From Cystobasidiomycetes sp. EMM_F5 (Eukaryota): DNA of 64,000 nucleotides. This document shows positions 1 through 14,140 of the stretch, one piece after another. Location of the stretch: NCBI GenBank assembly GCA_051047955.1, contig JBPGPT010000010.1, positions 310,001 to 374,000 on the forward strand, read 5' to 3'. Numbering within the stretch: position 1 is the first letter of the stretch; each line of letters begins with the position of its first letter. Position numbers and translations under genes: made by a program. The notes under the pieces are model-generated. The model saw only the letters and a list, made by a program, of their open reading frames with translations, was not told where the DNA came from and ran no database searches.

Positions 1-3000
1 TTCAGAGTGTTACGATTGCAATGCTGCCTTTACAGCATGGCGAAGAAAGCATCGTGAGCATATACGTGCACGTCTTATTAGCATGGCATCTTACCGTCTT
101 TCTGAACCACCCAGACTGTCGCGTATGTGGGCGAATATTCTGTGCGCGGTGTGCGTCAAATATCATACCCGGTGCTCGGTTCGGGCATGAAGGTCTGGTG
201 CGCGTCTGTAACATATGTCTAGCTATGCTTAGTCATAGTCACCGTACTACGGCCGGAGACCCCGGACAGGATGATGCCCCTCTCAAGCCTTCCACCAGCG
301 TGGCACAACAGCTACTCAACGCAAGTATTGGCGCAAATTTCGGAGGCCTGAATGAAAGGCCAGGTCTCCCGACTTCTCAGTCCGTCGCCGACCTGAAAAT
401 CTCGCTTCCAATCGAGAGCACGTATCGAGCACCACAAAGCCAATTCTCCGCATCTGTGCTCTTCCCGAGAAATGACTTTTCCAATTACAATCTCGCTGCG
501 AATCTATCGAGCGAAGACTTGTCCCTGTTGGCGCGGCGCAATCGCCGGAGTTCAGAGGTGTCAATGATGCGACCCGAGACGCCAGACGTCCATTATGACA
601 GTGCTCCTCCAACACCATGGCATCCAACTCTAGGCACTTCGATACAGTTTCTGCCACAAGGCGAGTCTCATGCACTTCCCTCTGCCGTCTCACCGCTGTT
701 CGGCTCCGCTGCACCCAGTACCAATGCATCTCCATCGATGCCTGCAGCTACTCCAGCGCCCTTCCGCACGACATTGCGCGATGATGACAAGGGACTGCAC
801 ACGGAAGAACGTGGATTTGGCGAAACTGAAGGAGAGACTTCGTCGACATCGCTTGCTGCCTACGTTAGTGCGTCTGTGAGCGGCACAGGCTCTCCCGTGC
901 ACTCTGATGAAGGGCGCGTCGTAATGAACGCCAACGAAGGTCTGGGACTCATTATGCCGCCTGGTCATTCAGGCTTGATGTCACCTCAGAAATCAGCGGA
1001 TGCGCTTCGTCACACCGTATCTTTTCCCACACTGGGCGGCTCTCACCCTGCTTCAACCATACCGGATTTACCGTCTTACGACCCCAGCCTGATCGGCGGC
1101 CCGGCAACTTCTTCTGGCGGAAGACCTGGCACTCCATCTGCGCTGTCCGGGCCGATAGGTTCCACGATCGGCAGTCTCTTGGGTATGCCTCCCATCCGAT
1201 CCAGGTTGGACTCCAGAGCTGCCGACCAAGTTTTTGATTTTGGCGATCTCGATACAAGACGTCTAAGCGAAACTCATGAACTGCCACAGGTCTATCGAAG
1301 CCAGTCTCGTAGTCTGAGCTTTGTGAATGATGTAGAGCTCGCTTCCGCGGCTCTTGGGCATATACGCCGACTCCTCCGTCAGCAACTCAAACAAGCTCAG
1401 GTATCGAAAGCTGACATCTGGCAAGAAGAATTACTACGTATACTGGTCAATGTGGCCAGATGGCCAATGCCCGACGTTGCAGCTGGAGACTCGATGGATG
1501 TTCGAAAGTACGTCAAGATCAAGCGAGTACCGGGTGGCCTTCCTTCCGATAGCGAGTATGTGGATGGTACAGTCTTCACAAAGAGCCTCCTCAACAAGTC
1601 TTTGCCTCGCATGATCTCCAATCCCCGTGTAATGCTCTTCAACTATGCATTCGAGTTTGAGCACGACGAGTCAAAGATGGTCAAGCTCGATTCTTTGCGA
1701 GAGTCGGAACGGGACTCGCTACGCAAGCTGTGTAATTCGGTCATTGATCATAGACCAAATATTGTTTTGGTCGCAAAAGGCGTCTCTGGCCTCGCTCTAG
1801 ATTACCTACACAAGGCTCACATCATTGTCGCCAGGAACGTCAAACAGTCCGTATTGAAGGCAGTAGCGCGGAGTACGGGGGCGGGGATACACACAACATA
1901 CCAGCACTTTCCGGACACCATCAAATCTGGACGATGCCGTGCTTTTCGAGCCGAGACGGTGGAGCATAGTCTGATTCCAGGTCGCCGCAAGACCATGATG
2001 CGCTTTGAAGGCTGCAACAAGGAGCTAGGCGCAACCATCATCTTGCGAGGTGGTGACCTCTCCACTCTGAGCACGATCAAACGCATCATGCGTTTCATGA
2101 CCCTAGCAGTCTATTCCATTCGCCTGGAAATGGGCCTATTATGGGACGAACATGCGGCCATTCCTCCGGCTATCGAGCTAGCCAAATTGCACGAGGTACC
2201 TGATGATGAGGATGGAGAGGCACAGCGTGACTTGCATGCGACTTTAAAGAAGACTCCAGCCAAAGGTGATGCACAGAAGGAAGTTGCACGACTCATCGCT
2301 CGCGCAGTCCGACCCTACATCCGTACTATACTCTCGACATCACCGACAGTCCTGTTTCCTCCGCCATACTCGCTGAATCGTCTTCGCATTGACAACGACA
2401 AGATCGACCAATTACGCCACCCAGTAAAGCAAATGAATCCTATCGAAGACGAAGACTCGCAACAACCAGATGTGAGCATCGCCGCACCCGTACCTCTGCC
2501 AAAAGGCGGCGAACCAGAGGCTGCCTTGCAAACATCTGCTGCTCTAACTCGCAGCCTGTCAGATGTCTCGTTGCTTTCTGTCAAGCCTCAAACACGGACA
2601 ATGGCTTTGCAAATATCCGCGGAACTCGCTGAGGCAGATCAAGTGGCTGAAGCCGAAACAAGGCGAGATGAGCATTTGCACATGTGGGAAAATCGATTGG
2701 CCAGACATCAGGATGATTTGTTACCTACAGCGCACCAGCATTTGACGGTGCTCGAGACGGTCGTCTGTTCAACTACTCTCAAGGCATGTGTTGCACCGAC
2801 TCTGGCGCGTAGATACTACTACAAGTGTGGTTCAGATCTTACATTGCGTCAATTTGTGGAGATCTTGGTGCAATCTTCTGGCCAGAAGTGCATAACAAAG
2901 CAGTGCGATAAGCCAATGTTGGCTCATTACACCACGTGTGCACACGGTCAGAGCCGCCTACACATCGTGCTAGAGGCTTACATTATGGCGCGACAGCATG

Positions 3001-6000
3001 AAGATGATATTCTCATGTGGTCTTACTGCAAGCTTTGCAAGCTCACGACTGATCCGACTTTGATGAGCGTGGAGGGCGGGAATTACAGGTAAGACTCTGC
3101 TTATCGACTTCATCTATCCTCGCGCCCTAATGCTTGTTATGTGCCAGCTTCGCCAAGTATCTAGAGCTCTCCTTCTACCACGACGAACTGTATTGCCGGC
3201 TTCTCGCCTGTCCTCACAACATACATAAAGATCATGTTCGATATTTTGCGTACAAGAATATGTCAGTTTGCATGTATCTTGAAAACATCGATGTCAGCGA
3301 TGTCGTGGTACCACCACTCCACGTACGTACCGATGCTTGGACGCAACTGCGTATCAAGAACGAGGAGTATGGTGTCATGCAGAAAGCCATAGCAGCGTAC
3401 TGGGAATCCGTATTGGGCCGCATCAAAAATTTCAATTACGATCTTCTCCCGCCTGATCGCCTAGAAATGGGCAGGCAAGCCTTGCAAGCACTTGAAGCCA
3501 GGGCTGAAGAAGAGCGAGATACTTTCACAGCATTACTTGACAAAACATACGAACAAACACAACTATCACAGCCCTCTGCTTTGAACAGTGCTCGACATGC
3601 TTTGCAGGTCAAGCAAATTAGTTGGGACAACGAATTTCAAGCCTTTGAGCAGAAGTATCTTGCTTCCGACTTTGCGGAACGCACTCGACGCGCCACAAGT
3701 ACCCAGCTGCGTCGCTTGTTTGATCCAGCCGGGAGTGCGCCAGCTTCACCAGACTATCGAAACACGTTTTCACCCATGCCTACTGTACCCTCATCGCCAG
3801 TGGCACCCCCAGCTACCCCAATCATAGGTTCCCCGCCAATTGGTCATAATTCGTTAGGCATAATGGCAATGTTTTCGAATGCTATTCTGCCAACTTCCTC
3901 AGCGACATCTTCAGCAAGTTCAGTAACATCGACATCAGAGAGCGGGACACTCCAGAGCGAGTCAGCGACACCTATGGTGGAACCAAGCAGGCCAAATGTC
4001 GATATTCCAACGTTTGAACTGACGGAGGCTAATCTTGCCCAGCTGCCTGCACACACGCCCGAGATTCCGAATACATCGAGCGCACCATCTGTGATAGATC
4101 ATGGCGAAGGAGCCGAGTCTACAACGACCAGCAATGCGCTGATAGCTGACCAGCCCGGTAGTGATAGCGACTCAACGGTTTGCGCCGAGCCTACGGGACC
4201 ATCTCACGCAATCAGTAGCTACGATAGCATGAGGTCGGAAAGTGAAGATCAAGGCGTAGGCGTCGCCATGCGAGCCGTGAAAATTCGAAAACCCAAGCCA
4301 GTGCCATCAATAGCCAGTAAGCATTGTTGACACGATTGTCGAATTATACGTTCTTATGCTCTCCGTAGATCTCGTGCAACGGTTCGAAGCCTCTCCCGAA
4401 ACGCAGCCGAGCTCTTCACCTTCAGCCCCGGCATCTGCTATTCAGGCCAAGCCCAAGAAAGCTATGCTATCGCCACCCAGCGAGTCATCCAGGCCACTGT
4501 CTCCGCGCCCGTCCGTGCGGCGTTTGCGATCGGATTACACCGAAGTCCGGTCTAGTAGGGTCAACAACCCAGAAGAGAACCCGAGCAGCGTTCTGTCAGA
4601 CGGCGATGTTCCTCCCATGCTGGCGCCTGTCACGGCCTGGAAGGGAAGACCATCCAGATTGCCGCGCTCGCCAATGAAGACGCAACGACCTTCCTCACCG
4701 ATGACGGACGGCAAAAAGCGAAGGTCTATTGACAGTGCTCCAGTGTCGGATACGGACAACGCTGGAAGCTACTTCTCTGAGAGACCGACACTGGGGCATC
4801 GCGCTTCTACTGCCAGCAGTCGCTCAACCATTCTCGGAGGCTCGAAAAACAGCAAAACGACTCTGACCCGCGAGAAAACGATTACCGAAGCCAACAAGTC
4901 CTCAACGCGCGCGCCTCAAGGCTTGCTAAAACTTGCTGAAAAGCCAACCAGGCTTACAACTCCTAAGGCCATCTCTGCGATGGCGGTAGGATCTAAGATA
5001 ACGAAAAGAGTCCCGTCCGCCATATTGGCACCGGCTGGCTCAAGAGTGTCCAATATGACAAGGTACTTTGACCGCATGACCACAGAAGCCGAAAGGGAAC
5101 GTCAGCGTCAGATCATGATCATGCGCGGACGCCGCGCCCGACCGATAATGGTTCCTCGTGCGAGCGCAAACGTCTTTATCAGCAGCAAAGATGCGTTGAA
5201 GGAGGACTCCGACGATGAAGGGAGTTCAAGCCAGGCTGACGATGAGCTGGAGGCTGATGAGGAAGAGGACAAGGCCGAGGGTACTGCTAGACCAGTAAAA
5301 GGCGAAAAGGCAGCTATTTCGAGCGCTGGTAAGCCTCCTGTCGCAGCAATGCAGCAGGCTTCTCCACCGGATATCTCCGGCGGAGGCGCTCTATCGGCTT
5401 CATCTACTCTGTCCAATATCTCGCTGCAATCTTCCGAAAGCAGTACAGACGCTCGACCTGGCACCAGCACAGATAGTGCAGCCTCTGTACCGGCATCTCC
5501 TCTGATCGGCGCAGATGCAGGCACGATTTCACGTATGTCCACACTGTCTGAGAGCGAAATGAGCACAACTGGCACCGAAACGCGTTCGTTAATGAAGACC
5601 ATATCAAGCTTCCTAACATATCGTGGGGCAGAGTGGCCACAGTTGGAGTATTCTTTGTGAGTCTCCCTAACGCAACGAGGTCATGCTACAATGGACTAAT
5701 CTTTCGCCCTTGGACAGACTGGTCACAGAACACCTTATCGAGGGCAGCAATTACGTAGTACGAGAAGACGAGCCAAGCTCACTTATTGCCTACTTCCTCT
5801 CATCAAAAGTATACAAGGATATGATGAAGGAGTCTCAACTGAACATTGTGGCAGCCGGCTCTGAAACGTTCATGCCCGATCAACCGGTCGGTCACATTGG
5901 CCGAATGGCCTCCAATTGGGACGTGCTAGAATTTCAGACTGATGCGGGGACAGACGTCGAAGACACGACAAAGAAACCCGTGGATCGCCACTTGAGGCTC

Positions 6001-7186
6001 AATTTGGATCACTCCGTCTTGCATTGCTCTATGCGAGTATACTTTGCGGACCAATTCGAAGCTCTGCGAAGAAACTGTGGCTGCGATGAATTATTCTTGG
6101 AATCGCTAGCCAGGTGCGTCAAGTGGGATGCGTTAGGAGGGAAATCGGGATCTGCCTTTCTCAAGACCAAAGGTACATTGTTTCGAGAGTACATTACCTC
6201 ATTATAACACTGACATCGTCATTACCAGATGACCGCTTCATTGTCAAGGAAGTTTCGCAGCCAGAAATGCGCGCTCTTATGGAGTTTGCGCCGCGTTACT
6301 TCGAACACATGAGCCGCGCCCTTATTAACGGGTACCCAACCGTGCTGGCCAAAATATTCGGCTTCTTCCGAATCAGCTTCAATAATACGTCGTCTGGAAA
6401 ACGGCGGCGCATGGACGTCATGGTCATGGAGAACATATACCATAACAAGACTGTCACTAGGCAATTTGACCTGAAAGGCTCTACGCGCAACCGACATGTT
6501 GAAGTTACGCAGGGGAAAAATCAGGTGTTGCTTGACGAGAACCTGGTCGAAAGTGAGTCGAACGGGGAATTGGTGCGGAACAATATGTGCTGACGACTAG
6601 ATAAAGTGGCTTACGACACGCCCCTGTATGTGCGCGAGCACACCAAGAAGCGCCTGATGGAAGCGCTACACAACGACTCATTGTTCCTGGAAAAGAACAA
6701 CGTGATGGACTACAGTCTCATAGTTGGTATTGACCAAACGTCGCTCGAGCTCGTCGTCGGCATCGTTGACTTCTTGCGGCCCTATACTTGGGATAAGCGA
6801 CTGGAAACGTGGGTCAAGGAAACGGCCTACATAGGTGGGGGCAAGCGAGAGCCGACCGTACTCAATCCACGCATATACAAGACCCGATTCCGAGAAGCCA
6901 TGTCACGCTGTTAGTATCTTCGCAGGTATCGATATCACAACCGCGTCACGCTGACAACCCGCTCTAACCAGACTTTTTACTGGTGCCAGACCGCTGGACG
7001 ACCATGGACGCAGTCAACAGTAGCCAAGTACAACCCTCTACTTTGCCTCCAGCAGGCACGGTCAAAAGCAAGGGCCAGGCCCTCAACGCAAACGAAGAGG
7101 TCGAGCAATACATTGCCGGCTCTACTCAACCACGACCTCCGGGCGGGCTCAAAGCATTCTTGCCAATGACTACCGCCAGCGCATAA
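1..7186 (+). CDS. FAB1: 1-phosphatidylinositol-3-phosphate 5-kinase (Fab1/PIKfyve), multi-exon, 5' end outside the window
   Basis: Splicing out intron 54-114 restores a FYVE finger ([28 protein letters not shown]). Also present: a CCT/chaperonin-like domain (YVKIKRVPGG...GATIILRGG), a Cys/His-rich CCR region, and a C-terminal PIPK domain (GGKSGSAFLKT, FDLKGS, VMDYSLIVGID, IVDFLRPYTWDKRLETWVK). About 8 exons; last exon 6972-7186. Confidence 0.97.
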
Positions 7187-7440
7187 TCAAGTATACGACT
7201 TTTCACGACACGCTTTGAAAGAGACTGGATGTGATTGCACGATTATCGGTACCCTGTTGTCGAGATTATTTTGCTCGGTGATTTTTGCAAGTTTCGTTGA
7301 CGGTAGTCGAGTCATATCGTGCAGTAGCATAGTTCTTGTAACGCAGATTCAGGTTTCAACGTTGAGGTTTGGATTCTCAAAGAGCAAGCACGAGATATGG
7401 GCTTTCAACTCCATCCAATAACAAAGTCGAGGACAAATGC

Positions 7441-8579
7441 ATGAGAGCTGGATGGACACCATGGAGGACGGTGTACCGCAGTATACTTAGAGAAACAAGA
7501 TATTTGCCCGACGAGGCAGCAGCGTAAGTGTCAGCTGTATGAATTTGGGTGCTTGACTGAATCGAGAATTGCTACAAGTACATATCATCGCAAGCTTGCC
7601 AGAGAGTTGATACAGCGCTACGATGAGATCCCTCATCGATCTGTCCGGGTGAGCTGCAGCTACTCCCGATGCCAGGCAGGCTGCTAAATTGTTCACCATC
7701 GGGCAGCTGCTCCGGACCCTACAGGCGGCCAATGCTGGATATCTTCAAGCACTGGACTTGGTCATAGGTCGCACATACGGGGTGCGAGGCAAGCAAGCGA
7801 AAGCGTCTATTGAGGTATGGTTCTCTATCCAGCTCATTTGGCATACCTGGATGAAACCGTGAATTTCACAGGCAGTGCTTGCAGACGCGAGAATAGGTCG
7901 CAAAGCGCCGCTGATCCCTGGCGAGGACAGAACGCGTTTACCAAGCTATACCCCACGGTTGACCGCATTTCTTACATCAAAGTATCAGAAAAGAACTGCG
8001 AAATTGCCCAACTTGTTCAAACCGCCTTCGCTGCCAGATCGCGCAGACCCACAAAGCGAGGACGCACGCTTACTCGGTCCATTCAGTCTTCGAAGACACG
8101 CCAATATATACTGGCGCTATCTGACCTCCCTGCGCGATGGTTTGCGCCCCGTTCTGACTCAAGACAACGCAGATAAATTAAGCAATCTAATCCACAATAC
8201 TCCCTCTGTCCAACCATACATTACCGAAAGAGCAACATTGAAAGCAGCGGAGCGGGTCGACACGAAGCATTTAGGGAAGAGACCCAAAAAAATCACACGA
8301 AGATTTTTGCGACGGCGGTATACAGAGGCACTGAAAGAGGGGGTGGAGATGCATTTGCATACAAATCGTAACGGGCTGCAAGTTTGGAAGGTCACAAAGT
8401 CTATCAAGACACGCGTCACGATGGCAAGAGGGTCGACGGCTTCTGCGGAGGATGTAGCGTGGATAACAGAAAAGTACGCTCGCCGCCAAATCCAGGCAAA
8501 AGAGACTCGAACAGAAAGGCAGCAGAGACTTGCACGTTATGTCATACTAGCTTACAAGATAGCCACAAATGTGACCTAG
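7441..8579 (+). CDS. LYR-motif mitochondrial protein, Cup1-like (fungal LYRM family)
   Basis: Exon 1 reads MRAGWTPWRTVYRSILRETRYLPD (LYR-like). A later exon reads LLRTLQAANAG...RTYGVRGK, and ORF 7875-8579 carries RRHANIYWRY and RPKKITRRFLRRRY. These motifs match my recollection of this fungal family. The 3' end is uncertain. Confidence 0.65.
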
Positions 8580-8694
8580 TCGTCGTCGAGCGCATTTGGA
8601 GCGCTTCTTGCGGAAATGCTGAAAGTTGGTCGCGAAGTTGCCGAAATGCAGTCGCATTGCTTTTTGACGTATCGACTGCAATATCCTGTCCACA

Positions 8695-11600
8695 ATGGAG
8701 GAGCCAAACGACACAGCGCGGAAGAAGAAACCGCGTACGAGCACTCGCAGGCTGCAAGTCAGGCAGGGAAAGCAAAAGGCTGTTGACCAGGACATCGACA
8801 TCGATACCGACCCGGCACTAAAATCTGCGGTCATACAAGCAAAAATTTCAACGGATGAACAGGATCAAGACAACGCCTTCTGGCCAGCCATTCGGTTAAC
8901 AGATCCACTAGGATCCAGTGCCAATATACCGCCAGTCTTCTCAAACGACGGACGGTGAGCATTGCAAAGTGTCTCGCTTGATCGACTTGTATCTGACAGT
9001 CAAAAATGTGCAATTCCTGATGTTATTTGATGCTTCAGGTTCTCATTCGTAGCTTCCGGAAGCAGCGTGCACGTCTACTCACTCGAAACGCTCCGCGTGG
9101 TGTCCACACTGTCACCGCCAGCTCTGTCAAAATCTGGTTCAGTGGCGTATCCGAGAGTCGACTCTCGCTTCAGCAAGACTCCGATTATCAGGATCAATGG
9201 GAGTCAGCTGACGAGCGTCTTCATCAACCCTTCCAGTCCTCTGCAGCTCGTAACGACCGGCCTAGATGGGTGTATACGAATTTGGGACTATCTGGACGGT
9301 AGGATCCTTCGAACAATATATGCAGGATCTCCCATTATCGATGCCGCAATGCCGCAACCGGACAACAAGCAACTAGATGACAAACTATTTCTGCTTTGCG
9401 GGTCTCCTCCGCGCCGGACGAAAGGACAGAGAGTGCGGCTTACCAAACCTGCCAACGCAGAATCGCATTTGCGTATCAGAAGTCCAGTTACTTCCTTGTA
9501 TGCTGTGTCGTTGAAGCGGGGAGTAAAGCAGCGTATACTCTTGGGTGAAGCCAAGAGAGCTCACAGGATGTGTCTCTCGCATAATGGTCGACATCTCGTT
9601 GCCATTGCTGCAAAGCAATTTTACATTGCAAGCCTAGCAGTGCTTACAGACGCTAAATCCGATGATTTGTCAGAAAACATGGCGAAAATACCAGCTTTCG
9701 CGCTGGATGAGCAGCTGGAAGAAACGCTCGTTTCTCTGGCTCTGCATCCGACCGAGTCTTACTTTGCGACAGGCAGCACAACCGGGCATATCAGATTATG
9801 GTATCTACTGGACGAAGCTATGCTCGCAAGCGGGCGCAAAGGAGCATCCGCTAGTGTCGCATCTAGTAACCGGACGTCTGCGAGTTTGCATTGGCATGCT
9901 CATGCAGTATCGTCACTGCAATTCACGCCAAACGGCGCCTACTTGCTCTCTGGTGGTGAAGAAGCGACACTTGTTGCATGGCAGGTTGAAAGCAGGCACA
10001 AAGAATTCATACCTCGGTTAGGCGCCCCAATACAGGCTATCAATATCGTGTCACTACCCGGACGCGAGCAAGAGTTTGTGTGTAGACTTCGCGATGGCAC
10101 AATTATGCTTATTGGCGCTGCATCAATGGCGCCGACTAGATCCATCAAGGGTATCAAGTCAGGTAAGCAGCGACAGGCAGAATCTTGCGCATATCTGAGG
10201 AAATTCGCTGAGAATGCGAAAATCATACAGCCTTGCATGACGCGTCTGCTCAAAAAAAGGGACCGTCGCCATTGGCGATTGAGCCGTACACCAACCTTGT
10301 TGTCTTCCAGTCGTCCCATTCCTCCTCTATACAATTCTATTCACCAGCTATGGCTGCAACCCAACTCGAGATAGTTGTAGCACCTGGAAACCGTGTGTCA
10401 CGGAAAGACAAGCGGCCCCTAGAGCCAGTGCGGGTAGAGCGCGTCGCCTTTTGCGCTCCGACACCGCTGGAAAGACAGATGCTTGCCGAGAATGGCAGTT
10501 CATTGACGGACGCCACAATCATGGCGACCTATGATACATGGCACGACTATGAGTATACAAAGCAGACCCATCTGAAGTTCTGGAGGAAGACCGAGACAAA
10601 GTATGAGCTGGTTACACGCATCGATCAACCACACGGCGAGACGAGACTTTCGTCAATGGCTTTTACTCCATCGTTTGCTTTCGGTGATCAGACTTCGCCA
10701 TGCCTTGTTACCGCTTCCCTGAACGGCCTTGTGAAATTATGGCATTACCGCGAGCTCACGACTAGCACTAGCACCACGGCAAGTGTAGGTGCCTGGATGT
10801 GCTATAATGTACTGGATTATCGCAAGCTCGTCCCTGTCGATTGCACTTTTTCGCAAGATGGATCAATACTGGCCGTTGCTTACACTTCGCTTGACTTCCT
10901 CCACGGAGTCGTCGTGCTGTGGTCGCCGCACACTGGAGTAATGTTACAAACCTTGTCTACACTATCAGTTCCTGCGAAGGAGAAGAAATACAGGGGAGCG
11001 CGAGCTGTCGCAACAGTCAAATTTGCAGGCACCGGTGCCGACACAAAGCTGATCGCTGCTGGGTATGCTGGAGTCAAGATTTGGAACCTCCTCAGCTTGC
11101 AAGAGATTTACGAGAGCAGTCAACCTGTCGAGCATATCGTTTCGAGAGTCAACGAAGATAACCTCGTGACGCTCATCTATGGGCGCAACTGCACGCCTGT
11201 TGATCTATCACACCTCACTTCCTCAAAACCCTTGTCAGGCTTACCCATCTACAGGTTGCAGTGCGACGTCAGCGACCTACCCATCACTACCGCATTTGCG
11301 TACCCTCCGATAGCGAAACGTCCTTCGTCCGGAGAGACCGAAGACAGTACAGCAGCGAGCCTGCCGTGCTGCATTGCAGTGGCATTTCGAACTGGCAGTA
11401 TCGCGATTGCTGGTCCGGCGGCCCATTTGCAGGATATCCAAGGAGGACAGCAAGGTCTATCCAAGAATCTGAAGGCGCTTACCTTGACGCCCGCTTCTGG
11501 TGATACTCGACTGTTTGAGGAACTGTTTGGCACGTCGTCAACCGTCAATGCCAATACAGCTCGTCGAAATATGGTTGCATTACCGGGCATCACTAAGCGT

Positions 11601-12269
11601 ACAAGGGATGGACTGGATATCTTCTCGCAAAAGGCTTCCCATACTCTGCCGCCAATGACTAGTCTATGGCGGGATCTGCTGACTACAGCACCTGGCTTGA
11701 AACCATACGCTTCCACATCCGCACAGACCCCTCCGGCCGGTGCGACAAGAGCCGTGCACGCCGGGGACGATTCAGATGAAACGGACGAAGACGAGCAAAT
11801 AGAAGTAAATGATAAGATAGAGTCCGCGAAGCAGCAAAAATCAACTAAAGCACCAAAGAAGCGCGATACTGCCAGCAAGACTCTGCGCAGCGATGTGGAA
11901 TACATTGATGCTCCGCCTGGCCTTCTGTTTGAGCTCTTCAAAGAGAACATAGAAGCTGAGGCAAATGCAACGCCAGCTGCACCGACAGCCAAGCCAACTT
12001 CATCGACGGCGTCGGTATCAGGACCGGCTAAACCAGTTGCAAAGACTCAGCCGTTGCGAGGTCCGAAGAATGATGAGGACATGACAAAAAACCATACGGA
12101 TACCAGCATGGAAATGCCACCCAGTCAGCCCAAGGTCAACGGCACCAATGCACTGTTCTCCAAGATCAAAATGGCCAACGGAACTTCCCGCCCGAACGGT
12201 ACATCAGCGAGCCCGAAAACCGATACATCGGGAAAGATAAAGAAAGCGAAGCGTCAGAGTCTGTCGTAA
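8695..12269 (+). CDS. UTP17: U3 snoRNA-associated protein 17 (Nan1/Utp17/WDR75), WD40 protein of the t-UTP/UtpA complex
   Basis: Three exons (about 8695-8953, 9039-10162, 10231-12269). WD repeats include the Utp17-typical LHWHAHAVSSLQFTPNGAYLLSGGEEATLVAWQ...KEFIPRLGAPI, and a C-terminal SHTLPPM motif. Confidence 0.9.
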
Positions 12270-12630
12270 ACACATCAAGACCAAGTCACTGCTCCGTCTA
12301 TCGTTAGTATGCGGCTTTAAGTGCATCATTTTCGCATTCTTGGATTTGAGACTACTTTTGTCACCATGGGCAAGGGTAGCCAGCCTCGCAGTCTGCCCCG
12401 TGTTGTATCGAGCAGTGCATCTTGTCATGTAAGCCTTTCAATCGTTTACGCAGCCGTGATTTATGTTTTCCGTGTTTGCGCTTTGGGCGTGGTCTGTGCC
12501 TCGTCCTCCTTTTTCGAGCCCGTGAGCCCTCCGCCAGGTCTGACCCAAACCACTCGACCTCCGACCAGCGGCACATTTTTGGTCCACACCAACCTGAGCA
12601 GCCAGTCAGCCAGTCAACCACACCGCAGCA

Positions 12631-14140
12631 ATGTCTACGACACGTCAGGACTCGGTCTACATGGCCAAGGTAGGGCTGGGCTGTGTGCTGTGAGGGAAAT
12701 TGGGGGCGGAACAGACGTGACTGAGTTGCTGTTATCCGTCGACTGCAGCTCGCCGAGCAGGCTGAGCGATACGACGAGATGGTGAGTCGGGGTGTTTTGA
12801 GGGTGTCAGCGTGGTAGCTGAGGCTGATATTCCTCAAAACTGCGCTCGTTTTCCTCGCACAGGTCGCTTCGATGAAGGAAGTGGCTCAGCTCGACCAGGA
12901 GCTGACTATCGAGGAGCGCAACCTGCTCAGCGTCGCTTACAAGAACATTATCGTACGTGCAATTGTTTTTATTCGTGTCGTGCGCGACTTGGACGATATC
13001 GCTGTTGGCTCGCGTTCCTTGGACCTGGCTGGGCTGCGTCTGTCAGCCACGTCAAACAAAGGGAATGGCGTGACGCAGCAGCGGATGATACTCTTGCTAG
13101 CATCTTGGATGCCTGGAGAGTGCATCTGCTAGGCTGACACGGCCCGGTCGCTTTCCTGGCCTGTCCAGTCTATGCAGTCTGGCCTCCTGCGCATCTTCTG
13201 CAGCCAAACACTGATGCAAAAGTGGCCGGTGACTGACGCGCTCAATTGCAACATCTCTACAGGGCGCTCGCAGAGCATCATGGAGAATTGTCAGCTCCAT
13301 CGAGAGCAAGGAGGAGGTACGTCTCAATACAATTTGCCGACTCGGATACTCGGCTCAACCTCCTGCATCCGACAGAGCAAGGGCAACTCGTCTGCGCTGC
13401 CACACATCAAGGAGTACAGAACAAAGATTGAGGGAGAGCTGCAAAAGATTTGCCAAGACATTCTAGACCTCCTCGACAAGCACCTCATCAAGTCTGCAGA
13501 GTCGGGCGAATCCCGCGTATTCTACCACAAGATGTGAGTCGAGAAAGAGGAATGTATGTTTACTCTACTGACACAAGTGTGCTCATCGTGTCCAGGAAGG
13601 GTGACTACCACCGATACCTTGCCGAGTTCTCCGTCTCCGACCTCCGAAAGAGTGAGTAGGAGTCCCCCTTTTATGTCAGCTAACGACGCTGACAATCCCG
13701 TACTTTCAGCCTCATCCGAGTCGTCTCTGGGCGCATACGAGGAGGCTTCTCAGATTGCCAATGTCGAACTGCCACCGACTCACCCTATCCGCCTCGGTCT
13801 GGCACTCAACTTCAGCGTCTTCTACTATGAGATTCTGAATGCACCAGACAAGGCATGTGCGCTTGCCAAGCAGGCTTTTGATGACGCTATTGCCGAGCTC
13901 GATACTCTGTCTGAGGAGTCTTACAAGGATAGCACGGTAAGTTTGGGTCGCAGACAACTGTGTACGCGATCAGTGCTGATGACAAGTCCTTTCTAGCTCA
14001 TCATGCAGTTGCTACGTGATAACCTTACCCTCTGGACTTCGGATCTCCAGGAGTCTGCCCCAGCACCGAGCAACGAGAAGAGCGAAAAGGCAGCACCCAT
14101 CGAGCCCGAGTCTGAGCAGGCAAAGGAAGTTGCTGCCTAG
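12631..14140 (+). CDS. BMH1: 14-3-3 protein (Bmh1/Bmh2/Rad24 family), 8 exons
   Basis: Spliced exons give [24 protein letters not shown]...[28 protein letters not shown]...[11 protein letters not shown]...[22 protein letters not shown]...[24 protein letters not shown]. Confidence 0.98.
12953..13262 (+). other. Unusually long (310 nt) intron 3 of the 14-3-3 gene containing a predicted multi-stem RNA structure
   Basis: GTACGT donor at 12953, ACTGAC branch site, CTACAG acceptor ending at 13262. Several complementary segments lie in 13028-13148. Confidence 0.75.

Noticed and set aside
11249..11992. Long antisense or alternate-frame ORFs (also 5108-5602, 43762-44295, 53704-54222, 62212-62814 and many others in the track)
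   Set aside because: They shadow well-supported genes and have no recognisable motifs; such ORFs are expected at this GC content.
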